The notes under the pieces are model-generated. The model was not told the DNA's origin, made no database searches, and was given only the letters and a program-made list of their open reading frames with translations. 63,667 nt of DNA from Candidatus Sulfotelmatobacter sp. GTDB taxonomy: Bacteria; Acidobacteriota; Terriglobia; Terriglobales; Acidobacteriaceae. The DNA is taken from NCBI GenBank assembly GCA_035701745.1, contig DASSRO010000088.1, positions 1-63,667 on the forward strand. Direction: 5' to 3'. Below are positions 55,584-63,667 of the stretch, piece after piece; positions within the stretch are counted from its first letter, which is position 1; each line of letters begins with the position of its first letter. Position numbers and translations under genes: made by a program.

Positions 55584-56855
55584 GTGGCTACTGCAGATGA
55601 GTCGTCAAGCTCTGGAATCAGTCGTTGGTGGCGGGTGGTTGGCGGGATGTCGATGAACCTGGCGCTGGGCACACTGTATGGCTGGAGTGTGTTTGTTGCG
55701 CCGCTGGAAAAAGAATTTGGCTGGAAGCGAGCGGAAACCTCGAACGTGTTTACCATCGCGGTGGTAGTGTTTGCCCTGACGTTTATTGTGGCGGGACGGC
55801 TGCAGGATAAGTTTGGCCCGTTCTGGGTTTCTTTAACCGGCGGAATTCTGGTCAGCCTGGGATTTTTCCTGTGCTCCTTCACGCACAGCTTGACCTATTT
55901 GTATGTTTGCTTCGGAGTAATCGGCGGGCTGGGAAATGGGTTTGGCTATGCCACGCCGATTCCGGTGATGGCTAAATGGTTTCCCGATAAGCGCGGATTG
56001 GCTGTAGGACTGGCGGTGGGCGGATACGGAGCGGGATCGGCGATCTTCGGACCGCTGGCGAACCTAAAACTGATTCCAGCGTATGGTGTGCACACTACAT
56101 TCATGATCCTGGGCGGGATTTTTCTGGTGATGACAGTTTTTGGTTCGTTCCTGCTGCACAATCCTCCGGCCGGGTACAGGCCGGCAGGTTGGGTGCCGAC
56201 AGCGGCGGCCAAGGCTGCGGCGTCGACCCACGAGTTCAGTCCCAGCGAAGTTTTGCGCACACCTGCGTTTTACTTCATGTGGGTCGCCTATGCGCTGGGT
56301 TGCTCGGCGGGGCTGATGGTGATCAGCCAACTGGTTCCGTTTGCGAAGAGCGTGGGGATTCCAAGCACAGCACTCGCGACAATGGGCCTGGTTGTGGGCG
56401 CGGTGGGTAACGCCTCGGGCCGAATATTATCCGGCTGGATGTCGGATACGCTCGGCAGGCTGAACACATTGCGTCTGATGATCGCCATCTCGATGGTGGC
56501 CATGCCGATTCTCTACCAGGTGGGCGGCAATGTGGCGCTGCTGTACGCAACCGTGTTTGTCGTGTACTGGTGCTATGGAACGCAGCTTTCGGTGAATGGA
56601 GTTACTGCGGCAGATTTCTGGGGAACCAAGAACGCCGGCATCAATTACGGAATGCTGTTTTCTGCGTGGGGTGTTGCGGGCATTATTGGGCCGAGAATTG
56701 CCGGAGTGCTTTTCGATAAGTATAAGAACTACCAGATGGCGTTCTACTCCGCGGCGGGTTTGGCGGCAGTGGCGCTGATTTGCGAATTGGCGGCCAAGCG
56801 CCCAACCGTGCCGGCGGGAGATCTGGCTGGCGTGCGGGCGACGGCAGCGGCATAG
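55584..56855 (+). CDS. MFS transporter, oxalate/formate antiporter (OFA) family
   Basis: Twelve hydrophobic segments. N-terminal RWW.V....MNLALGTLYGWSVF typical of OFA/OxlT-like carriers. GTG start 6 nt after an AAAGGAG Shine-Dalgarno. Confidence 0.75.
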   Translation: MATADESSSSGISRWWRVVGGMSMNLALGTLYGWSVFVAPLEKEFGWKRAETSNVFTIAVVVFALTFIVAGRLQDKFGPFWVSLTGGILVSLGFFLCSFTHSLTYLYVCFGVIGGLGNGFGYATPIPVMAKWFPDKRGLAVGLAVGGYGAGSAIFGPLANLKLIPAYGVHTTFMILGGIFLVMTVFGSFLLHNPPAGYRPAGWVPTAAAKAAASTHEFSPSEVLRTPAFYFMWVAYALGCSAGLMVISQLVPFAKSVGIPSTALATMGLVVGAVGNASGRILSGWMSDTLGRLNTLRLMIAISMVAMPILYQVGGNVALLYATVFVVYWCYGTQLSVNGVTAADFWGTKNAGINYGMLFSAWGVAGIIGPRIAGVLFDKYKNYQMAFYSAAGLAAVALICELAAKRPTVPAGDLAGVRATAAA

Positions 56856-56873
56856 TTTTTCGCGACGAGAGCC

Positions 56874-56906
56874 GACGGGCGCCGGGTAACTTGCGCCCCG
56901 TCTTTC
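56874..56906 (+). terminator. GC-rich hairpin with a short T-run after the MFS gene
   Basis: GACGGGCGC (56874-56882) / GCGCCCCGTC (56893-56902) with one bulge, followed by TTTCG. Confidence 0.4.
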
Positions 56907-56969
56907 GCGCGGGTGGTGATAAGGCGAGCCAGGAGCGATTAAAATTCAGCGAGACAAGGGGCAAATGAC

Positions 56970-59078
56970 ATGGCTGAACTACGCACGAAACCACAAGGTG
57001 TGATCGAGACCAGCGAAGCTCAGATCGCCGTGCATTGGAGGGAAGAGGAATATTACTATCCCTCGTCGAAGTTTATTGGACAGGCGAATTTGAGCGACCC
57101 GGATATTCTCAACCGATTCAGCGAGGACAAGTTCCCGGAATGTTTCCGGGAGTATGCGGATCTGTTGAGTTGGGACCAATATTGGCACACGACGCTCGAT
57201 ACCAATGATCCGCCGTTCTGGAAGTGGTTTGTCGGCGGCAAACTGAATGCGTCGTATAACTGCGTGGACCGCCATCTTGCCAAGTATGGAAACAAAGCGG
57301 CCTTGATTTTTGTTCCGGAGCCGGAGAGCGAGAAGCCGGTATCGGTGACGTATCGCGAACTCTACGTGCGGGTGAACGAGTTTGCAGCGCTGTTGCGCGA
57401 TTACTGCGGGCTGAAGGCTGGGGATCGCGTCACCATACATATGCCGATGGTTCCGGAGTTGCCGGTCACCATGCTGGCATGCGCGCGACTGGGGGTAATT
57501 CATTCGGTCGTGTTTGGCGGGTTCAGCGGAGAGGCTTGCGGATTGCGCGTCGCCGATTCCAGCAGCCATGTCCTGATTACGATGGACGGATATTACCGGA
57601 ACGGCAAGTTGCTCGATCACAAGGCGGGCGCCGACATTGCGCTCGATGTGGCCGGCAAAGAAGGCCATAAGGTTGAGAAGGTACTGGTATGGAGACGTCA
57701 TCCGGGCCAGAACGCTTCCGCTTCTCCATTCGTGAAAGGACGCGACGTTTTTGTCGATGAAATTCTGCCAAATTATTCGGGGGAGATTGTGGCTCCGCTG
57801 CCGATGGACGCGGAGGCGCCGCTGTTCCTGATGTACACCAGCGGCAGCACGGGCAAGCCCAAGGGATGCCAACACCGCACCGGCGGGTACTTGTCGTACG
57901 TTGCGGGAACTTCGAAGTACATTCAGGACATTCATCCCGAGGACGTTTACTGGTGCATGGCCGACATCGGGTGGATCACGGGACACTCTTATATCGTCTA
58001 TGGTCCGCTGGCACTGGCGGCGACCAGCGTGATCTATGAAGGAGTACCGACCTTCCCGGACGCGGGTCGCGTCTGGCGGATTGCAGAACGACTGGGGGTG
58101 AACATTTTCCACACGTCGCCGACTGCGATTCGTATGTTGCGCAAGGCCGGTCACGACGAACCCACCAAGTACAACTATCACTTCAAGCACATGACCACTG
58201 TGGGCGAGCCGATTGAACCCGAGGTCTGGCGCTGGTATTACGAGACCGTGGGCAAGAGGGAGGCGGTGATAGTCGATACGTGGTGGCAAACCGAGAACGG
58301 CGGTTTCTTATGCAGCACAAAGCCGGCAATCGATCCGATGAAGCCCGGAAGCGCGGGGCCGGGAATGCCGGGAATTTTTCCGGAGATCCGGGACGAAATG
58401 GGCGAGATCGTGGCTGCGGGGTCAGGAAAGGCGGGAAACATTTGTATTCGTAATCCATGGCCTGGGATCATGCAGACGATCTGGGGAGATCGCGAGCGTT
58501 TCGTGAACCAGTACTACCGCAAATATTGTAAAGATGTGAACAGCAAGAACTGGCGGGACTGGCCGTATTTCGCGGCCGATGGCGCGGTGGAGGCGGTGGA
58601 CGGATACTTCCGAATTCTCGGACGTGTGGACGACGTTATCAACGTGGCCGGACACCGGCTGGGGACGAAGGAAATTGAGTCTGCATGCCTGACGGTTTCG
58701 GAGGTGGCGGAGGCGGCGGTCGTGCCGGTGGTGGACGAGATCAAGGGCCGAGTGCCGGAAGTTTATATCGCGTTGCAACCGGGACTGCAGCCGAGCCAGG
58801 CGGTGATTGATAAAGTTAACAAGGCGATTGAAACCATGATTGGTAAGATCGCGCGGCCGCGAAATATCCATATCGTGCCGGACATGCCGAAGACGCGGTC
58901 GGGCAAACTCATGCGGCGCGTTCTGGCTTCCATCTCCAACCGGATGAATACCGGCGACATTACGACGCTGGCGAATCCCGACGTGGTGGAGAAGGTGCGG
59001 GAGTTGGTGCAGGGCAAAGAACCGGTGGTCGTCGCTGAAGTCGCGGACGATATCAAGCAGTTCGGGAAAGAGGAGTAG
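56970..59078 (+). CDS. acs: acetate--CoA ligase (AMP-forming acetyl-CoA synthetase), long form
   Basis: 702 aa. Motifs YTSGSTGKPKG, TVGEPI, WWQTENGG, and PKTRSGKLMRR with the conserved Lys. Confidence 0.9.
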   Translation: MAELRTKPQGVIETSEAQIAVHWREEEYYYPSSKFIGQANLSDPDILNRFSEDKFPECFREYADLLSWDQYWHTTLDTNDPPFWKWFVGGKLNASYNCVDRHLAKYGNKAALIFVPEPESEKPVSVTYRELYVRVNEFAALLRDYCGLKAGDRVTIHMPMVPELPVTMLACARLGVIHSVVFGGFSGEACGLRVADSSSHVLITMDGYYRNGKLLDHKAGADIALDVAGKEGHKVEKVLVWRRHPGQNASASPFVKGRDVFVDEILPNYSGEIVAPLPMDAEAPLFLMYTSGSTGKPKGCQHRTGGYLSYVAGTSKYIQDIHPEDVYWCMADIGWITGHSYIVYGPLALAATSVIYEGVPTFPDAGRVWRIAERLGVNIFHTSPTAIRMLRKAGHDEPTKYNYHFKHMTTVGEPIEPEVWRWYYETVGKREAVIVDTWWQTENGGFLCSTKPAIDPMKPGSAGPGMPGIFPEIRDEMGEIVAAGSGKAGNICIRNPWPGIMQTIWGDRERFVNQYYRKYCKDVNSKNWRDWPYFAADGAVEAVDGYFRILGRVDDVINVAGHRLGTKEIESACLTVSEVAEAAVVPVVDEIKGRVPEVYIALQPGLQPSQAVIDKVNKAIETMIGKIARPRNIHIVPDMPKTRSGKLMRRVLASISNRMNTGDITTLANPDVVEKVRELVQGKEPVVVAEVADDIKQFGKEE

Positions 59079-59123
59079 GCCAAAGAGCAGCGTTCTGAGC
59101 TACTGACGTGCGGTTCAATCACA

Positions 59124-59155
59124 AAGGCCAGTTCGATTTGGACTGGCTTTTGTTG
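59124..59155. terminator. bidirectional rho-independent terminator between acs and the MoaD-like gene
   Basis: Stem GCCAGT (59127-59132) / ACTGGC (59142-59147). It is followed on the plus strand by TTTTGTTG and preceded by AAA (a T-run on the minus strand). Confidence 0.55.
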
Positions 59156-59157
59156 CT

Positions 59158-59442
59158 TTATCGGCCGCCGCTCACGGCGGGCACAATTGAAATCTCAGAA
59201 CCTGCGGGAACGGGGCTTGTCAGCCCGCCGGTATAGCGAATGTTTTCGTCGCCGATGAAGATATTGATATGCTCGCGCACTTGTCCCTGCTCGGTGGTGA
59301 TGCGGTCGCGAACGCCGGGGTAGAGTGCCCAGAGCTGAGACAAAGCTTCGCCCACATTTGCGGGCGAAGATTCGATCGAGACTCGACTGCGGCCAGCGGT
59401 GAATTCTCGCAACGATCCGGGAATGTGAAAGGTCACCGGCAT
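59158..59442 (-). CDS. MoaD/ThiS family ubiquitin-fold protein ending in Gly-Gly-Arg
   Basis: 94 aa with a beta-grasp-like pattern (VTFHIPGSLREF......INIFIGDENIRY......GSEISIVPAVSGGR). It starts 4 nt after the kinase stop, with a GAGG Shine-Dalgarno inside the kinase 3' end. Confidence 0.65.
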   Translation of the reverse strand: MPVTFHIPGSLREFTAGRSRVSIESSPANVGEALSQLWALYPGVRDRITTEQGQVREHINIFIGDENIRYTGGLTSPVPAGSEISIVPAVSGGR

Positions 59443-59446
59443 GAGA

Positions 59447-61549
59447 TCACCTCTTCGACCGGCGTGTTTTGGACTTTGCCATAGGCGTCGCGCGACGGGA
59501 AGTGGTGGTCGCCGGCTTGGGCATGAGCGATTGCGGAGGGCCGTCCTCCAGCAGAGCGGCTCGCACGCAGACAACTGACGGGAGCCCTTCCAGTATTTTT
59601 TGCCAAGACTTGCCTTCGTCGCGCGAGCCAAACAGTTGTCCGCTTCTGGTTCCGAAGTAAATGCCCGCGGGGTCGAATGAGTCAGCCGCCATGGCATCCC
59701 GCAAGACGGTTTCGTAAGCGCGCTTTTGCGGCAGGCCGCGCATCAAGGGCTCCCAGGACTCGCCGGCGTTACGGGAGCGATAAATCCGCAGGCGTCCGTC
59801 GCAAGCGCAGCGGAATTCATCGGACTCGACCGGAGCGACATAAACGCAGTCGGGATTTCTGGGGTGCATCAACACGGGAAAGCCGAAATCGGAGGGCACG
59901 CCATTGGCGATGTCGGTCCAGCTTTCGGCGCCATCATCGGATCGATACAAGCCCCAATGATTTTGCAGGAAGAGACGGCCGGGGCGGGCGGGATGCATGG
60001 CGATTTTGTGTACGCATTGCCCGAACTCGGGAAATTTGTCGGGCATGAACATGGCGCGAATCCCGCGGTTCTGGGCGGTCCATGAAGCTCCGCCATCGAC
60101 GGTGCGGTACACGCCGCCGGCAGAGATTGCGACATACATGCGCCGCTTATCCGCCGGGTCGAGCACAACCGTGTGCAAAGCGAGGCCGCCGTTTCCAGGC
60201 ATCCAACGGGGACGATGCGGATGATCGAACAATCCGCGAACCATCGACCAGCTTTTACCGCCGTCGCCGGTTTCAAACAACGCAGCGGGTTCGACGCCGC
60301 AGTAAAGCACGTTTGGTTCCTCGTCTGGGCCGGGCGTGATCTGCCAGATATTTTTCAAGGAAAGTCCAGTGTCAGACGGAAAGCGAATGGGGGCTTGCTG
60401 CGGATTGGTCCAGCTCTTTCCAAAGTCGTCGCTGGAGCGAAGAATTGTGCCCCAATAGCTGGAGGTCGAAGCCCAAATCCGGCGCTGATCGCCGCGGCCG
60501 TCGAAGGCCATGGCATAAACACTCTGCCCGTGGAAATAAGGACCGCCAACTTCCCATCGGTTGCGCTGGGCGTTGGAGCGCAGGATGAAGGCTCCTTTGG
60601 TCGTTCCGACGAGCACGAGGAACGCGCCTTTTTTGACATGCACGTGTTGCACGCTGTGGAAGACGGTCGGGCGATCGGAAGCCGGGTCCGGGCCGGGTTC
60701 GGGGGCTGAAGTCATTGCTGCGGACTGAATTGCCTCCATCGCCGCCTGAACCTCGCCGGCGCGCTGGTACCGTTGCATCGGTTCCTTGGTCAGGCAGCGT
60801 TGAATGATGGCCCAGAGTCCGGGCGGTACGGGGGGGCCGAGGGTTGCGGGAGTCTCACGCATGATCGCGGAACTGATCTCGAAGCCGGTGCGGCCTGCAA
60901 ATGGCAAATGTCCAGAAACAGCTTCATAGAGGACAACGCCAAGTGCCCACAAATCGCTGCGATGGTCGGCGACCTCGCCACGCAAGATTTCCGGCGCCAT
61001 GTAGGGGAGGGTGCCGCTGACGCCGGAGGTCTCTCCTACCGTGGCGAAAGATCGGGTGGGGCCTTCCAGGATGCCGCCGCCAACCTGCTTGGCAAGACCG
61101 AAGTCGAGAACCTTGACCAATCCTTCATTCGTGATGACGATATTTGCGGTTTTGAGGTCGCGATGAATAATGCCGCGATCGTGTGCACGGGCGAGTGCAC
61201 TTGCGATCTGCACGCCGTAGCGGAGAACCGATTCCGGGGGCAGTCCTCCGGCCGCACACATTTCGGCCAGGGACTTGCCCTCGACCAACTCCATCACGAT
61301 ATAGAGTTCGCCCTCATTTTCGGCGACTTCGTAAATGGTGCAAATATTGGGATGGGCAAGGGCGGAAGACGCACGGGCTTCGTGGAGGAGGCGTTGGCTT
61401 GAAGAAGAATCCAGGCGGGTGTCTTTTTTTACGACTTTCAGGGCGACATCGCGGTGCAGCACTTCATCATAAGCGCGATAAACAACCCCCATGCCTCCTT
61501 CTCCGAGCTTAGCTATCACTCGGCAATGACCGAGTACCTGACCGATCAC
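59447..61549 (-). CDS. serine/threonine protein kinase fused to a BNR/Asp-box beta-propeller domain
   Basis: Hanks kinase motifs GEGGMGVVYRA, ALKV, HRDLKTANIV, DFGLAK and APE. The C-terminal ~400 aa carry six Asp-box-like repeats (SDDFGKSW, TGDGGKSW, TVDGGASW, SDDGAESW, SRNAGESW, SRDEGKSW). Confidence 0.85.
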   Translation of the reverse strand: MIGQVLGHCRVIAKLGEGGMGVVYRAYDEVLHRDVALKVVKKDTRLDSSSSQRLLHEARASSALAHPNICTIYEVAENEGELYIVMELVEGKSLAEMCAAGGLPPESVLRYGVQIASALARAHDRGIIHRDLKTANIVITNEGLVKVLDFGLAKQVGGGILEGPTRSFATVGETSGVSGTLPYMAPEILRGEVADHRSDLWALGVVLYEAVSGHLPFAGRTGFEISSAIMRETPATLGPPVPPGLWAIIQRCLTKEPMQRYQRAGEVQAAMEAIQSAAMTSAPEPGPDPASDRPTVFHSVQHVHVKKGAFLVLVGTTKGAFILRSNAQRNRWEVGGPYFHGQSVYAMAFDGRGDQRRIWASTSSYWGTILRSSDDFGKSWTNPQQAPIRFPSDTGLSLKNIWQITPGPDEEPNVLYCGVEPAALFETGDGGKSWSMVRGLFDHPHRPRWMPGNGGLALHTVVLDPADKRRMYVAISAGGVYRTVDGGASWTAQNRGIRAMFMPDKFPEFGQCVHKIAMHPARPGRLFLQNHWGLYRSDDGAESWTDIANGVPSDFGFPVLMHPRNPDCVYVAPVESDEFRCACDGRLRIYRSRNAGESWEPLMRGLPQKRAYETVLRDAMAADSFDPAGIYFGTRSGQLFGSRDEGKSWQKILEGLPSVVCVRAALLEDGPPQSLMPKPATTTSRRATPMAKSKTRRSKR

Positions 61550-61696
61550 AATGGCTCCTCAAAGGCCCAATGGTAGGCTGCGTTTCGGAAGTCCGTCAAT
61601 GAACGCCCGGACAGCGAAGCGAATGCTCGCTGGAAAAGCACCGTTTTCATATATAAATGTGAGGCATTGACTGCCCCCTTTCCCGGAGGTACAAGC

Positions 61697-63667
61697 ATGG
61701 CGCTGCAGACGGTTGTCATTGCAATGCGGGTGCTGCGCAAGAATCCGGTGTTTACATTGACGGCCGTGGTCACGATCGCCCTGGGACTGGGCGCGACCAC
61801 AGCGATCTTCAGCGTGACGAACGGTGTGCTGCTGGAGTCGCTTCCATATAAAGATCCGGATCGAATAGTGATCGCGGGAACTGACTTGCGGCAGCGGCAC
61901 GTTCGGAACCTGCCGTTTTCCAACGCAGATTTTATCGATCTGCGCGACGGCACAAAAGATGCTTTCGAGGATATGGCCGGAGTGTTTACCTTTCGAGACG
62001 TCACTCCGATGGACGATGGCACGCCGGAGCAAACGCGTTTTGCCATCGTCACTACGAATTTCTTCCGCGTGCTGGGCGGGCGGATTGTGCTTGGCCGCGA
62101 CCTAACCGATGAAGACGGCCTTCCGCAGCCGCCGCGGCCGCAGGCTGGGCAGCCGGTTCCGGCGCGGCTGCCGATAGCGGCGGTCATCAGCTACGAATAT
62201 TTTCAGCGGCGCTTTGGCGGCAACGCGGCTGCGCTTGGACATCCCATGCCTGGGAGCGGTGGCCGGCCCAGCCCAATCATTGTTGGTGTGCTGGCTCCGC
62301 GCTTTCGGCTCTACTTTCCTCCGGAGGCGGACCAGGAATCCGCGCCGGACATATGGATCGCCAATCGGCTGGGCTACGATGCGGCGGAACGAAATCAGTT
62401 TTCGATTCTGCCGGTAGGCAGGTTGAGGCCGGGTGTATCCGTAGAACAAGCGCAAGCGGCGGCCGATAACGTAGCCGCGGAGGCGCGCAAGAATTTCCTG
62501 ATCGCGAGAACCGCGGGATATTACATTCACATCGAGTCCATGCGGAAGCATCTAGTTTCCGAAGTGCGGCCGGCAATTCTGGCGCTGATGGGATCGGCTG
62601 TTTTTCTGCTGCTGATCGCCTGCGCAAACGTGGCCAATCTTCTGCTGGTACGGGCTTCGCTGCGCGAGCGGGAACTGGCGGTGCGCGCAGCTTTGGGTGC
62701 GAACCGCTGGCGCCTGATTGTTTCCTTGCTGACCGAGGCCGGCCTGATTACCGCGATGGGCGCGGCGATCGCGCTGGGGCTGGCATGGATCGGAATTCGC
62801 GAACTGCACGGCCTTGCCCCCGAGAATTTGCCGCGGCTCGACACGATCCGGCTTAATTCAGTGGTCCTGGGAGTGACCGCGTTCACCTGCCTGGCGGCGA
62901 CCGCGATTTTCGGGATGCTGCCGGCTTGGCGGGCTTCGAAACCGGGAGTCGCGAAATTGCTGAGAGGGAGCAGCCGAAATGCAGGTCTGCTGGGCGCCAG
63001 TACTTTGCGGAATGCGGTGGTGATGGTGGAGGTTGCCCTCTCCTTTGTTCTTCTGGCGGGAGCAGGACTGATGTTCCGCAGTTTTATTGAACTGCAGCAT
63101 ACCGATCCGGGCTTCGACCCGCAGCGGCTCCTGACGTTTCAGCTGCTGGGCGCCAATCAAGGTCAAGATCCGCCGGAAAAGCGCGCTGTTGTCATTCGGC
63201 AAATACAGGACCGGTTGCGCAGGATTCCGGGCGTGGAGGCAGTAACTGCGTCGAGTCCGTTTCCGCTGGCGGGTGGCTTTAGTCCAATCAGATGGGGCAC
63301 CGGGGAAGCACTAGCGGACGCCAGCAAGTTCCAAGCAACCGATGTCGAAGCTGTTCTTCCCGGCTACTTCGAAACCATGCGTATGCGCTTGCTGGCAGGC
63401 CGCTTCTTTACCTGGGACGATAACCTGCCTGGGCGCAATGTGGTAGTGATTGACGACATGCTGGCGAACAAAGCGTTTCACGGACAGCCCGCAGTCGGTG
63501 GCCGCATCTTGATTCGAGCGCGAACTCCGGAGCCGGAGTGGGTTGAAGTAATTGGCGTAGTCGCGCACCAGCACGAGGTCTCGCTCACCGAAGCGGGACG
63601 CGAGCAGGTTTTCTTTACCGATGCGTTCATGGGCTCGGGTGCTGTTGATCGCTGGGTGCTGCGGACG
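61697..63667 (+). CDS. ADOP family duplicated permease (MacB/FtsX-like), 3'-partial at the window end
   Basis: The open frame from ATG 61697 (GGAGGT Shine-Dalgarno 6 nt upstream) runs to the end of the window without a stop. MALQTVVIAMRVLRKNPVFTLTAVVTIALGLGATTAIFSV N-terminus. First FtsX module ...ACANVANLLLVRASLRERELAVRAALGANRWRLI, followed by a second MacB-like periplasmic domain. Confidence 0.8.
   Translation, partial: MALQTVVIAMRVLRKNPVFTLTAVVTIALGLGATTAIFSVTNGVLLESLPYKDPDRIVIAGTDLRQRHVRNLPFSNADFIDLRDGTKDAFEDMAGVFTFRDVTPMDDGTPEQTRFAIVTTNFFRVLGGRIVLGRDLTDEDGLPQPPRPQAGQPVPARLPIAAVISYEYFQRRFGGNAAALGHPMPGSGGRPSPIIVGVLAPRFRLYFPPEADQESAPDIWIANRLGYDAAERNQFSILPVGRLRPGVSVEQAQAAADNVAAEARKNFLIARTAGYYIHIESMRKHLVSEVRPAILALMGSAVFLLLIACANVANLLLVRASLRERELAVRAALGANRWRLIVSLLTEAGLITAMGAAIALGLAWIGIRELHGLAPENLPRLDTIRLNSVVLGVTAFTCLAATAIFGMLPAWRASKPGVAKLLRGSSRNAGLLGASTLRNAVVMVEVALSFVLLAGAGLMFRSFIELQHTDPGFDPQRLLTFQLLGANQGQDPPEKRAVVIRQIQDRLRRIPGVEAVTASSPFPLAGGFSPIRWGTGEALADASKFQATDVEAVLPGYFETMRMRLLAGRFFTWDDNLPGRNVVVIDDMLANKAFHGQPAVGGRILIRARTPEPEWVEVIGVVAHQHEVSLTEAGREQVFFTDAFMGSGAVDRWVLRT

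Overview
High-GC chromosomal segment, densely coding on both strands. By eye it holds about 55 protein genes and no rRNA, tRNA or CRISPR array. The content points to Acidobacteriota (Terriglobia-like): an ADOP-type duplicated orphan permease, MacB-like FtsX permeases, sigma-54 two-component pairs and a pilB-pilT-pilC-pilS-pilR cluster.

Recognisable blocks:
- thrC and an AlaX-type editing protein.
- DoxX, a lipase-maturation-factor-like protein and trxC.
- A visibly lower-GC spacer (about 8.8-10.3 kb) containing decayed genes.
- An isolated CuA subunit-II-like gene followed by a diheme cytochrome c gene.
- rpsT and a stand-alone AAA+ ATPase.
- The phoH-ybeY-corC-era ribosome-maturation operon.
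- A type IV pilin gene.
- Fpg/Nei and Nth-like glycosylases.
- An NtrY-like kinase with a sigma-54 regulator, and a GH10 xylanase.
- A type IV pilus motor and regulator cluster.
- A MacA-permease-DUF4097-permease operon with no ATPase gene.
- A dppB/dppC-like permease pair split by a vapBC plus VOC-protein insertion.
- A divergent locus flanked by two AMP-forming acyl-CoA synthetase genes, with a putative porin, a PEGA protein and an OFA-type MFS transporter between them.
- A Ser/Thr kinase fused to a BNR/Asp-box propeller, followed 4 nt later by a MoaD/ThiS-like gene.

The most unusual signal is non-coding. At least eleven intergenic spacers carry arrays of 7-10 nt units, usually as reverse-complementary 'mirror' pairs that can fold into long slippery hairpins. 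They lie after stop codons, inside operons and over one start codon. A separate family of GC-rich REP-like hairpins is also present. All functional calls come from motif recognition by eye; no searches were run.
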